This document shows, piece after piece, positions 8,094 through 17,397 of a stretch of DNA of 48,065 nucleotides. The stretch is from Planctomycetota bacterium. GTDB lineage: Bacteria > Planctomycetota > Planctomycetia > Pirellulales > Lacipirellulaceae. The notes under the pieces were generated by a model. That model was not told the origin of the DNA. It saw nothing but the letters and a program-made list of their open reading frames with translations, and searched no databases. The DNA lies in contig JBCCXZ010000026.1 in assembly GCA_039190745.1 (NCBI GenBank), forward strand, positions 1 to 48,065, in the 5' to 3' direction. The translations under genes and the position numbers were made by a program. Position 1 is the stretch's first letter; the number at the start of each line of letters is the position of its first letter.

Positions 8094-10952
8094 GTGGCCC
8101 GCAAACCCTCACACGCCCGCGCGCTCGCCGCTCTGCTTGTCGCCTCCTCGGTCGCCGCCCAGTCGCACGGCACAGACTACCAGACCCGCCCGCCCGCCGA
8201 CGCGACGCTGCACGACCTCACCTTCGTCGACGCCCTTCACGGCTGGGCCGTCGGAGCCGCCGGAGTCATCCTCCACACCGAAGACGGCGGCAAGCACTGG
8301 GCCCGCCAAGCCTCCGGCGTCCGGGCCACGCTCCGCGTCGTCCGGTTCGCCGACCGCCAACACGGCTGGGCGATGGGGGGCGTCCGCAGCCCCTACACCG
8401 GCCGCTCCTCCGCCGTGGTGCTCAGCACCGAAGACGGCGGGCGGTCCTGGCAAGAGTCCCGTCCACTCATGCCCGGCATCCTCGCGGCCGAGGTCTTCGC
8501 CGACGGCTCTGCCGCCGCGCTGGTCGAACCCAACCCCGGCCAGCCCGAGCCGCTCTACACCGCAGAGAAAATCAGCCGCAGCTGGGAGGCCGCGCCGATC
8601 ACCAGCCCGCCCGTCGCCGGAGAGGCCTACGCCGTCGCCGCGCTCGCAGGGCCCCGCACCGGGCTGCTCGCTTCCCGCAGGGTCTGGACCACCCAGCTCA
8701 TCCGCGGCAACCAAACTCCGCCCGCCCAAGCACCGCCCACCCAAGCGTCCGCCTCCGGTGTCCTTCGGGCCGCCTGCCTCCACCGCCCCGCGTCCGCATG
8801 GCTCGCAGGAGACGGCGGCCTCCTCCTGAAGTCCGAAGACCTCGGCCGCAGTTTCACGGCCACCGATACCTCGTTGCCCCAGCAAGACTTCACGGCCATC
8901 GCCGCCGCCGAAGACCTCCTTTGGCTGGTCGGCCAACGCGGCGACGCCGTCGCCCACTCGCACAACCGCGGCGCCGCTTGGACCGAACAATCAACCGGCA
9001 ACCCGGCCCCGCTCCGCTCGCTGGCGGTGGTCGATGGACCCGAGGGCCGCCCGCACGCCTGGGCCGCCGGCGACTGGGGCCGCATCGTCGCCAACTCCGC
9101 CGCCCGGGGCTGGGCGCCCCAGCGCAACGCCGACTACCGCGCCGTTGCTCTTTTCGTGGCGGCCGACTTCGACGAGCTACCCCTCGCCGCGATCGCGCAG
9201 CTGTCGCTTGGCGAGGGCTACCGCGTCGCGGTCCAGCTTGTGGGCGGAACCCCCGAACCGGCCGCCGTCGAGGCCGTCGGCCTGCTCGGCGCAGCCACGC
9301 TTACCAGCGCACAGACCGACCTGCAGCCCGCCCTCCGGGCGTGGCAGCCCAGCGTCGTGTTCGTGGCCGGCGGCCTCGCCCAGCAGCTTGAACCAACTGG
9401 CGACCAGCCGCCGTCTGCGGAGCCCTCCGGCCCGGCCCGAATCTTCGCGGTACTGGAAGACGGCGAGCGCGGCACGCACCGCACTCCGACCGACCGACCC
9501 CTCGACGCTACCGGCCTCACCGCCGCCGACGCGGCCGCCGAGGCACGCTCCCTCGCCCGGCCCGACTACCGAGAAGCGCCCGGCAGTTACGAGTACCGCT
9601 TAATCCAAAACCGGCCCGACGCCGCGCCGCCGATCGGCAATCACCCGATCGCCGGGCTGACCGGCTTGGACGAGGCCCGCCGCCCGCCCGCCGCCGACGC
9701 ACTCCGCGTCACGGCCGTCACCCGCCGTGTTGCCCAGCGTCGCCGCAACCTCCACGGGCTCGCCCGCGCCGCGCAGAGCGACAACCACGCCGCGTGGCTT
9801 GCACAGCTCACCCGCTTCTCCGCCGAGCTCCCGCCCCGCCTCGACGCGCCTACTCTCTACACACTGGCGCACCAGGCCCGCGAACAAGCAATGCCCCGCC
9901 GCGCGGCCGACACGCTCTTGCTGCTCGCCAAGCGGCACCCCTCGCACCCGCTGACCGAACCGGCGTTGTTCGAGCTGGCCTCCTACTTCGGCAGCGCCGA
10001 GGCGGCACACTCCCACACGCCGCGGGGCGGGGCGGTCGTCCGAATCGACCCCACGCCAATGGCGAGCGGCGTCCAGCAGGCTTCCGCCGAACTACCCTTG
10101 GACACGCAACCCCAGGAAACGCAACTCCCCAGCACGCTTGACCCCAGCGCCCGCGGCCACTTGGCCCGCTGCCTCAAACTCGCCGACTACACGGCCCAGC
10201 ACCGCCCCGCTCTCCACCTCGACCCCCGCATGCGTCTGCCAGCGATCGCCGCCGACCGTACCCTGAACGGCGCGGACGGCGACGCCTACCTGACCCGCCT
10301 CTTCCGCGCCCCCGAGACCGACCCCTGGCGTACCGTCGGCCGTGTCGAGCAGTGGCTGCAGAACCCGGCCAAGCTCAGCGCGCCGTGCCCGATGACCCGC
10401 TCCAGCTCCGCCGAGGCGAAGCCCTACCTCGACGGTAGGCTTGACGAACCCGTCTGGGAGACGGCCACAACCCTCCAGCTCAGCGGCGACCCCGGCGGCA
10501 CGCTCCGTGTCGCCCACGACCGGCAGTACCTCTACCTCGCCCTCCGTTGCCCGCACGCCGAGGGCCCCCAGCCGATCACGCCCGAAGGCCCCCGCCGACG
10601 CGACGCCGACCTCGCCGGCGCAGACCGCGTCGTCATCCGACTCGACACCGACCGCGACTACCTCACCGCGTTCCGCTTCGCCGTCGACGCCGCCGGCAAC
10701 ACACACGACCGCTGCCTACACGACGACGGCTGGGACCCCGAGTGGTTTGTTGCCCGCCACGCCGCCGAGGGTCGCTGGCAGATCGAAGCCGCCATCCCCT
10801 GGGCCGAACTCGCGCCCACGCTGCCCACCCCGTCCGACGCCTGGGTCCTCCACGCCGAGCGCCACACCCCGGCAGACGCCGACGCCGACATCGAACTGCA
10901 CCGCGACCCTTCGCTGCTGCTGTTCGCAGAACCCAAGACCTTTTTTCGTTGA
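8094..10952 (+). CDS. Exported YCF48-like beta-propeller protein with helical middle and C-terminal CBM9/DOMON-like domain
   Basis: Signal peptide; repeats F.D..HGWAVG..G.IL.T.DGG..W; C-terminal P.LDGRLDEPVW...DRQYLYLA...WQIEAAIPW. Confidence 0.8.
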   Translation: MARKPSHARALAALLVASSVAAQSHGTDYQTRPPADATLHDLTFVDALHGWAVGAAGVILHTEDGGKHWARQASGVRATLRVVRFADRQHGWAMGGVRSPYTGRSSAVVLSTEDGGRSWQESRPLMPGILAAEVFADGSAAALVEPNPGQPEPLYTAEKISRSWEAAPITSPPVAGEAYAVAALAGPRTGLLASRRVWTTQLIRGNQTPPAQAPPTQASASGVLRAACLHRPASAWLAGDGGLLLKSEDLGRSFTATDTSLPQQDFTAIAAAEDLLWLVGQRGDAVAHSHNRGAAWTEQSTGNPAPLRSLAVVDGPEGRPHAWAAGDWGRIVANSAARGWAPQRNADYRAVALFVAADFDELPLAAIAQLSLGEGYRVAVQLVGGTPEPAAVEAVGLLGAATLTSAQTDLQPALRAWQPSVVFVAGGLAQQLEPTGDQPPSAEPSGPARIFAVLEDGERGTHRTPTDRPLDATGLTAADAAAEARSLARPDYREAPGSYEYRLIQNRPDAAPPIGNHPIAGLTGLDEARRPPAADALRVTAVTRRVAQRRRNLHGLARAAQSDNHAAWLAQLTRFSAELPPRLDAPTLYTLAHQAREQAMPRRAADTLLLLAKRHPSHPLTEPALFELASYFGSAEAAHSHTPRGGAVVRIDPTPMASGVQQASAELPLDTQPQETQLPSTLDPSARGHLARCLKLADYTAQHRPALHLDPRMRLPAIAADRTLNGADGDAYLTRLFRAPETDPWRTVGRVEQWLQNPAKLSAPCPMTRSSSAEAKPYLDGRLDEPVWETATTLQLSGDPGGTLRVAHDRQYLYLALRCPHAEGPQPITPEGPRRRDADLAGADRVVIRLDTDRDYLTAFRFAVDAAGNTHDRCLHDDGWDPEWFVARHAAEGRWQIEAAIPWAELAPTLPTPSDAWVLHAERHTPADADADIELHRDPSLLLFAEPKTFFR

Positions 10953-11009
10953 AAATGGGCCAGCGACTGTGCTACACCGAAGCTTCCAGAGTAGGCCGCG
11001 AAGCTCAGC

Positions 11010-11220
11010 AGTATGCCGCACACGCGTCACACGCAGCGGCAGCTAGCAACACGGCATACTTATGACCCAAGAAACTCAAACAAACAGAACGCAAACCCCG
11101 AGAGTAAAGTCCGCTCGCAACTAGCCGCGACGCTACGCGTCGCCGGTGAACCCGCAATCCACCCCGACAAAACAACCGACTTTTGGCGTAACGCCACGTA
11201 GTCGCCGATCCGCGCCAAAA
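11010..11220. repeat. Intergenic inverted-repeat cluster (REP-like or structured RNA)
   Basis: AGTATGCCG (11010-11018) / CGGCATACT (11052-11060); GCGACGC-TAC-GCGTCGC (about 11127-11143); TTTTGGCG (11181-11188) / CGCCAAAA (11213-11220). Confidence 0.5.
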
Positions 11221-11300
11221 CCGTTGCCGCTGCCAAAACTCAGGCCGACGGCTATACTCACGCCCCCCGGACACCAAGGACGCCGCCGGACCAACCCACT

Positions 11301-12320
11301 TTGCAACCCGCCTCACCCCCAAGACTGACCGCCGCCGACAAGGCCGCCGCCCGCCGCCTCGTCGGCCCGCGTTACCTCGTCGGAATCGACGAGGCCGGCT
11401 ACGGCCCCAACCTCGGCCCGCTCGCCGTCGCCGCCACCGCCTGGCGGATCGACACCGACGACAGTAGCGACGACGACCTCTACAGCCTGCTCCGCAAGGC
11501 CGTCTCCGCCGAGCCGGCCAAGCGCAAGATCCAGATCGCCGACTCCAAGGCCGTCTACAAACCCGGCAAGGGCCTCGCCGGGCTCGAGCAAGCGGTCCTC
11601 CCCGCACTCCAACTCGCCGGCACCCCGGCCGCCGCTTGGGCCGACCTCACCGCCCGCCCGGGTTGCTCCTCGGTCGAAGACCCCACCACCACGGGTTTCA
11701 ACCCCGTGCTCCCGATCGACCTCACCGCTGCCCAGGCCAACGCCACCGCCGACCGGCTCGCCCAGGGGCTCCAAGACGCCAAGGTTAGCCTCCTCGCCGT
11801 CGCCCTCCGGTTGGTCTTCCCCGCCGAGTTCAATCGCCTCGTCGACCACCACGGCACCAAGGGCGCCGCCCTCTCGCACGTCACCCTCACACTGCTGGCC
11901 GACGTGCTCAAAGGGCTTCCCGCCGAGGCCGGTTCCTCTTGCCGCGTCACCTGCGACAAACACGGCGGCCGCAACCAGTACGCCGCGCTGCTGCAGCACC
12001 ACTTCCCCCACGCATGGGTCGAGGTGCTCGACGAATCCCGAGCTGTTAGCCGCTACCGCTGGGACCACCAGGGCCAAACCCGGTCGGTCGCGTTCCGCGC
12101 CGGCGGCGAGGCCGAGTTGCCGACCGCGCTGGCCTCGATGACCGCCAAATACCTCCGCGAGCTCGCCATGCGGGGCTTCAACGCCTACTGGGCCGAGCGG
12201 GCTCCCGGAGTTAAACCCACCGCCGGCTACCCGGCCGACGCTAAACGCTTCTGGGCCGACACCGCCGAGGCCCGTCAGGCCACCGGCATCCCCGACCATC
12301 AGCTCTGGAGAAGCCGCTGA
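11301..12320 (+). CDS. Divergent type-2 ribonuclease H (RNase HII-like)
   Basis: GIDEAGYGP, ADSKAVY, CDKHGG, ALASMTAKYLRE and GYP motifs; start codon uncertain. Confidence 0.8.
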   Translation: MQPASPPRLTAADKAAARRLVGPRYLVGIDEAGYGPNLGPLAVAATAWRIDTDDSSDDDLYSLLRKAVSAEPAKRKIQIADSKAVYKPGKGLAGLEQAVLPALQLAGTPAAAWADLTARPGCSSVEDPTTTGFNPVLPIDLTAAQANATADRLAQGLQDAKVSLLAVALRLVFPAEFNRLVDHHGTKGAALSHVTLTLLADVLKGLPAEAGSSCRVTCDKHGGRNQYAALLQHHFPHAWVEVLDESRAVSRYRWDHQGQTRSVAFRAGGEAELPTALASMTAKYLRELAMRGFNAYWAERAPGVKPTAGYPADAKRFWADTAEARQATGIPDHQLWRSR

Positions 12321-12814
12321 TGGCCCGCTTCGTGTACATCGCCCGCCACGCCTGGGCCGGCCAGTTTGGCGACCCCGGCTACAGCGACGACTCGCTCCGC
12401 GAACTCGAAGACGAAGGGGCCGAGCGCTACGCCCGCGTCGTGCAAACCCTCGCCGAGCGCGGCTTCGCCCCCGACCTGGTCGCCACCAGCCCGTTCACCC
12501 GCTGCCTGCAGACCGCCCAGCTCATCGCCCGCCACACCATGCACTCCCCGGAGGTCGTCACGCTCGAATCGCTCGTCCCGGGGAGCGACATCCAGAGCCT
12601 CATGGACTGGACCCGCAAGTCAAACTGCGAGCAGGTCTGCTGGGTCGGCCACGCCCCCGACGTCACGACCATGACCGCCGCCCTGGTCGCCAATGGCGGC
12701 GCCAACATCCGCTTCGCCAAGGGAGCCATCGCCGCCGTCCGCGTCGACGGCCCGGTCGACTACGGGGCCGGCGAGCTCTACTGGCACCTCACCGCCAAGT
12801 CACTCGGCCTCTAG
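12320..12814 (+). CDS. sixA: SixA-type phosphohistidine phosphatase
   Basis: RHA, TSPFTRCLQTA, VGHAP motifs; TGATG overlap with the upstream stop. Confidence 0.85.
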   Translation: MARFVYIARHAWAGQFGDPGYSDDSLRELEDEGAERYARVVQTLAERGFAPDLVATSPFTRCLQTAQLIARHTMHSPEVVTLESLVPGSDIQSLMDWTRKSNCEQVCWVGHAPDVTTMTAALVANGGANIRFAKGAIAAVRVDGPVDYGAGELYWHLTAKSLGL

Positions 12815-12852
12815 CCGCTTATTACTCAGCTACCGACAAGGAAGTCATCCGC

Positions 12853-14481
12853 ATGCCTAAGAACGGCAAGTACGACTGCGTCGTCATCGGCGGCGGCCAC
12901 AACGGGTTGGTCTGTGCCGCCTATCTCGCCAAGGCCGGCCTCAAGGTCTGCGTCGCCGAACGCCGCCACGTGCTCGGCGGCTGCGCCGCGACCGAAGAGC
13001 TCTGGCCCGGCTACAAGGTCTCCACCGCGGCCTACGTCATTAGCCTCTTGCAGAAAGAGGTCCTCCGCGACCTGAGCCTCAAGCGGAACGGGCTGGAGAT
13101 CCTCCCCCGCTCGCCCTCGTCGTTCACGCCGCTGCCCGACGGCCGCAGCCTCACCATGGGCCCCGACGAGCAGCTCAACCGCCGAGAGATCAGCAAGTTC
13201 AGTAACGCCGACGCCCTGGCCTACCCCAAGTACGAGGCCTTGCTGGAGCGGGTCGCCGCGGCCCTCGAGCCGACCCTCAGCGAAGCCGCCCCCGACCCGC
13301 TGCCGATGCCGCCCGAGTGGCGGAAGATCGGTCTGCAGAAGAAGATCCGCGACGGCCGCAAGCTGCTCGAGTTCTACAACGCCACCAAAGCCCTGGGGGC
13401 CGACACGCCCGAGGCGATCGAGCTGCTCACTGGCGCTGCGCGGCCGATCCTGGAGCGGTGGTTCGAGTCGGAGGTGCTCAAAGCCACGCTCGCGACCGAC
13501 GCCATCATCGGGGCGTTCACCTCGATCAGCGCTCCCGGCAGCGCCTATGTTCTGTTGCACCACGTGATGGGCGAAGCCGGCGGGGCCCGGGGTGTGTGGG
13601 GCTACGTCCGCGGCGGCATGGGCGGGCTGGCCGACGCGCTCGAGTCCGCCTGCGTTGCGCTAGGTGTTGAGGTCCGCCGAGAGGCGCCCGTTCATTCGAT
13701 CCACACCGGCCCCAACGGCGTCACCGGCGTCGGACTAGAGGACGGCAGCCAGCTCGACGCGAAGCTCGTCGCCTCGGGCGTCGACGCACACCTCACGTTC
13801 GAGCGGATGCTCGCTCCTGAAGCGTTGCCGGACGACTTCCGCGCGGCGGTCTCGCGGATCGATTACTCCTCGGCTTCGGCCAAGGTGAACCTCGCCCTGG
13901 CCGAGCCGCCCCGGTTCACGGCCGCTCCAGGCGACGGTGTCCAGCCGCACCACCACGGCACGATGCACGTCGGCCCGTCGCTCGACTACCTTGAGCGGGC
14001 CTACGACGACGCCAAGTACGGCCGGCCAAGCGATGAGCCGGTGCTGGAGTGCACTATGGCCACCAGCGTCGACGACACGATCGCTCCGCCGGGCAAGCAC
14101 CTGCTGTCGATCTTCGTGCAGTTCGCTCCTTACAAGCTCAAGGAAGGCAACTGGGACGACCTGAAAGAGTCGTTCGGCGACCGCTGCGTCGAGATGCTCG
14201 CCCGCTACGCCCCGAACGTGCCCGACGCGATCGAGCACCGTCAGGTGCTCAGCCCGCTCGACCTGGAGCGGACCTACGGCATCACCGGCGGCAACATCAT
14301 GCAGGGGGCGATGACGCCCCACCAGCTCTACTGTTTCCGGCCGGTCGCCGGCTGGGCGGACCATCGGACGCCGGTCCGGGGCCTGTACCTGTGCGGGGCC
14401 GCTAGCCACCCCGGCGGCGGCGTGATGGGCGCCTGCGGCCGCAACGCCGCGACCGAGATCCTGCGGGACCAACGCTGGTAG
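12853..14481 (+). CDS. FAD-dependent oxidoreductase, phytoene dehydrogenase family (PYROXD2-like)
   Basis: GGGHNGLV.AAYLA..G; GGMG; SPLDLE...G..GGNI; TPVRGLYLCGAASHPGGGVMGACGRNAA. Confidence 0.9.
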   Translation: MPKNGKYDCVVIGGGHNGLVCAAYLAKAGLKVCVAERRHVLGGCAATEELWPGYKVSTAAYVISLLQKEVLRDLSLKRNGLEILPRSPSSFTPLPDGRSLTMGPDEQLNRREISKFSNADALAYPKYEALLERVAAALEPTLSEAAPDPLPMPPEWRKIGLQKKIRDGRKLLEFYNATKALGADTPEAIELLTGAARPILERWFESEVLKATLATDAIIGAFTSISAPGSAYVLLHHVMGEAGGARGVWGYVRGGMGGLADALESACVALGVEVRREAPVHSIHTGPNGVTGVGLEDGSQLDAKLVASGVDAHLTFERMLAPEALPDDFRAAVSRIDYSSASAKVNLALAEPPRFTAAPGDGVQPHHHGTMHVGPSLDYLERAYDDAKYGRPSDEPVLECTMATSVDDTIAPPGKHLLSIFVQFAPYKLKEGNWDDLKESFGDRCVEMLARYAPNVPDAIEHRQVLSPLDLERTYGITGGNIMQGAMTPHQLYCFRPVAGWADHRTPVRGLYLCGAASHPGGGVMGACGRNAATEILRDQRW

Positions 14482-14604
14482 CGGTTCGGCCGGTGAACTT
14501 GTGAGAAACCGGCTCTCGGAATGCGGTTGCCTCACTAGCCTGCGTTGCTTCCGCACCGGATAATGAGTTGAGAACCGTCTCCCGCCTGAAACGCACGATC
14601 TCTG

Positions 14605-15006
14605 ATGCCCTCAGAAGAAGAGCTCTACCAAGAGCACATCCTCGATCACTACGAAGACCCCTTCCACCGCGGGAGCCTCGACGGCTGCACGCACGCCCAC
14701 GAGGACAAGAATCCGCTGTGCGGCGACGTGGTGCGGATCGAGTTGAAGCTCGGGCCGGACGGCAAGGTGGAGGACCTCTACTTCGACGGCGAGGGCTGCG
14801 TCATCAGCCAGGCGTCGGCCTCGATGCTGCTAGAAAAGATGCAGGGCAAGACCGTGGACGAGGTGAAAGAGTTCTCGGCCGAGCAGATGCTTGAGCTCTA
14901 CGGGCCGCGACTGACTCCCAACCGGCAGAAGTGCTGCCTGCTTTCGTGGAAGGTCATGCAGTCGGCCGTCCACTCGCCCGTGGACGGGGCAGAGGGTGAG
15001 CAATGA
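14605..15006 (+). CDS. sufU: SufU/NifU-type Fe-S assembly sulfur-transfer protein
   Basis: LYQEHILDH, NPLCGD, GCVISQASAS, R.KC..L.W; coupled to sufS. Confidence 0.92.
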   Translation: MPSEEELYQEHILDHYEDPFHRGSLDGCTHAHEDKNPLCGDVVRIELKLGPDGKVEDLYFDGEGCVISQASASMLLEKMQGKTVDEVKEFSAEQMLELYGPRLTPNRQKCCLLSWKVMQSAVHSPVDGAEGEQ

Positions 15007-16301
15007 CCATCCTGGCTACCGAGCGTATCGATGAGCGGCTGCTGCTGCCCGAGAGCATCCGCGGCGATTTCCCGATCCTAGATCAGGAGGTAGGGACTGG
15101 TCGCCCGCTGGCGTTCCTCGACAACGCCGCTAGCACGCAGCGGCCGCGGCAGGTGATCGACGCGATTGCGGGCGTCTACGAGCAGGACTACGCCAACGTC
15201 CATCGCGGGATCCATACACTCAGCGAGCGGAGCACCGAGCTGTACGAGCAGGCTCGCGAGCGCGTTCGTCGATTCATCGGCGCCGCGGATTCCCGAGAGG
15301 TGATCTTCACCCAGGGCACGACGGCATCGATCAACCTTGTGGCCCAGAGCTGGGGGCGCACCAACCTCAAGGCCGGCGACGAGATCCTCACCACGGTGAT
15401 GGAGCATCACTCGAACCTCGTGCCGTGGCAGCAGGTGTGCGAGCAGACCGGCGCTGTGATGCGTCACGTGCCGATCACCGAAGACGGTCGGCTCGACATG
15501 GTCGCGTTCGATGAGCTGTTGAGTGAGAGGACGAAGCTGGTCGCGGTGGTGTCGGTTTCTAACACCCTCGGGACGATCAATCCGGTGGATGAGATGATCG
15601 CCAAGGCCCACGACGCAGGGGCGTTGGTGCTCGTCGACGCGGCGCAGAGTGTGCCGCACATGCCGACGAACGTCGCGGGCTTGGACGCTGATTTCGTGGC
15701 CTTCAGCGGCCACAAGATGCTTGGCCCCTCCGGCGTCGGCGTCCTCTACGGCAAGGAGGCGCTCCTGGAAGAGATGCCGCCGTTCTTGGGCGGGGGCAGC
15801 ATGATCAACGTTGTGGAGCTCGATAGTTTCACGCCCGCCGAGCTTCCGGCGAAGTTCGAGGCGGGCACGCCTCCGATTGCCCCCGCAATCGGGATGACCG
15901 CCGCGATCGAGTACCTCGAACGCATCGGCCTAGAGCGGGTCCACAATCACGAGCAGCAGCTCGTGGCCCGGGCCTACGACTTGTTGAGTCAGGTAGACGG
16001 GCTGACGATCCTTGGCCCCGCGCCGGAGCACCGCGCCGGGCTGGTGAGCTTCACGTTCGAACGGATCCACGCCCACGAGTTTGCTCAAGTTCTGAACGAT
16101 CAGTTCGGAGTGGCCGTGCGGGCCGGGCACCACTGCACGCAGCCGTTGCACCGGCTGCTGGGCATGTCGTCGAGCACGCGGGCCAGCTTCTACTTGTACA
16201 ACACTCCCGCAGAAGTCGTGCGGCTGCTGGAGGGCATCGTGAAAGTGCAGGAAATGTTCGCACCGAAGGGCCGCACGCGTCGGCGCAGGCGTTCAGAGTA
16301 G
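15003..16301 (+). CDS. sufS: Cysteine desulfurase, SufS (group II)
   Basis: LDNAASTQ, ANVHRG, MEHHSN, DAAQS, FSGHKM.GP.G, KFEAGTP, RAGHHC; ATGA overlap with sufU. Confidence 0.96.
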   Translation: MTILATERIDERLLLPESIRGDFPILDQEVGTGRPLAFLDNAASTQRPRQVIDAIAGVYEQDYANVHRGIHTLSERSTELYEQARERVRRFIGAADSREVIFTQGTTASINLVAQSWGRTNLKAGDEILTTVMEHHSNLVPWQQVCEQTGAVMRHVPITEDGRLDMVAFDELLSERTKLVAVVSVSNTLGTINPVDEMIAKAHDAGALVLVDAAQSVPHMPTNVAGLDADFVAFSGHKMLGPSGVGVLYGKEALLEEMPPFLGGGSMINVVELDSFTPAELPAKFEAGTPPIAPAIGMTAAIEYLERIGLERVHNHEQQLVARAYDLLSQVDGLTILGPAPEHRAGLVSFTFERIHAHEFAQVLNDQFGVAVRAGHHCTQPLHRLLGMSSSTRASFYLYNTPAEVVRLLEGIVKVQEMFAPKGRTRRRRRSE

Positions 16302-16306
16302 CCGCG

Positions 16307-17395
16307 TTAGCCGCCCGCCGGTTGCGTACTGTCCAGCGAAACTGTCGCTACATGGTTGCGTCGCAGCTGGCCGCAGGCGGCGTCGATGCGGTCGCCCTTG
16401 CGGTGGCGGAAGCGGATGCGGATGCCGGCCTCTTCGAGGATCGTGCGGAACTGCTGCTGGCTGGTGCTGGACGGCGTCTTGTACGGCAGGCCGGCGACGG
16501 GGTTGTAGGGGATGATGTTCACCAGCGCCTCGCGGCCGGCAAGCCGGCGTGCGAGCTCGCGGGCGTGCTCGGGGCGGTCGTTCAGCTCCGCGAGCAGCAC
16601 GTACTCGAAGGTCAGCCGCCGGCCTGAGACTTCGAAGAACCGGTCGGCCGCCGCGAGGATTTCGCCGACGCCGATCTTGTCGTTCACGGGCACGAGTTCG
16701 TCGCGGATGCGGTCGTTGGGGGCGTGCAGCGAGATGGCGAGCCGGTAGTGCGAGGCCTCGCGGCTGAGCCGGTCGATGGCCTTGGGGAGCCCGACGGTGG
16801 AGATGGTGATCCGCCGGGCGCCGACGTCGAGCCCGTCGGGGCGGTTGGCCTCGGCGAGGGCGGGGAGCAGGTTGTCGAGGTTGGCCAGCGGCTCGCCCAT
16901 GCCCATGACGACGATGTGGGTGAGCTCTTCGTCGTCGGCGAGGAGGTGCTTCAGCCGTAGCATCTGTTCGAGGATCTCGCCCGTGGAGAGGTTGCGGTCG
17001 ACGCCGTCGAGGCCGCTGGCGCAGAAGACGCAGCCCATGCCGCAGCCGACTTGGGTGCTGATGCAGAAGGTGCGGCGGACGCGGTCGCGGAGCAGGACGC
17101 ACTCGACCTGCCCGCCGGCGTCAAACTGCATGAGCAGCTTTTCGGTGCCGTCGTCTGCCTGGGTGTGCTGGGTGACGCGGCCCGACCAGAGCGGGGCATC
17201 AGCGGAGAGCTTCTCCCGAACGGCTTGCGGCAGGTCGGTCATCTCCTGCCAATCCCGCGCGCGGCGTCGGAAGAGCCACCGCCGGACCTGCTTGGAGCGG
17301 AATGCGGGCTGCCCGAGGGAGGCCAGCCGCTCGGCGATCGCGGCGTCGGGATCGTCGAGCAGGCGGTCGGGCGTGGGGGGCTTCGTTCGGGCCAC
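16307..17395 (-). CDS. rlmN: 23S rRNA (A2503 C2) / tRNA methyltransferase RlmN (radical SAM)
   Basis: CISTQVGCGMGCVFC, MGMGEPL.N, ISTVG, LAISLHA, FEYVLL, IDAACGQL. Confidence 0.95.
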   Translation of the reverse strand: MARTKPPTPDRLLDDPDAAIAERLASLGQPAFRSKQVRRWLFRRRARDWQEMTDLPQAVREKLSADAPLWSGRVTQHTQADDGTEKLLMQFDAGGQVECVLLRDRVRRTFCISTQVGCGMGCVFCASGLDGVDRNLSTGEILEQMLRLKHLLADDEELTHIVVMGMGEPLANLDNLLPALAEANRPDGLDVGARRITISTVGLPKAIDRLSREASHYRLAISLHAPNDRIRDELVPVNDKIGVGEILAAADRFFEVSGRRLTFEYVLLAELNDRPEHARELARRLAGREALVNIIPYNPVAGLPYKTPSSTSQQQFRTILEEAGIRIRFRHRKGDRIDAACGQLRRNHVATVSLDSTQPAGG

Positions 17396-17397
17396 GG

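Noticed and set aside
12853..14481. Carotenoid or hopanoid biosynthesis cluster
   Set aside because: Only a lone phytoene-dehydrogenase-family oxidoreductase; no synthase or cyclase genes nearby
14550..14580. Possible dif site at the skew switch (CCGGATAATG...)
   Set aside because: No XerD arm (TTATGTTAAA), and the skew polarity is origin-like rather than terminus-like
16307..17395. Cfr-type antibiotic resistance methyltransferase
   Set aside because: Motifs (STQVGC.MGC.FC, MGMGEPL) and housekeeping context fit RlmN
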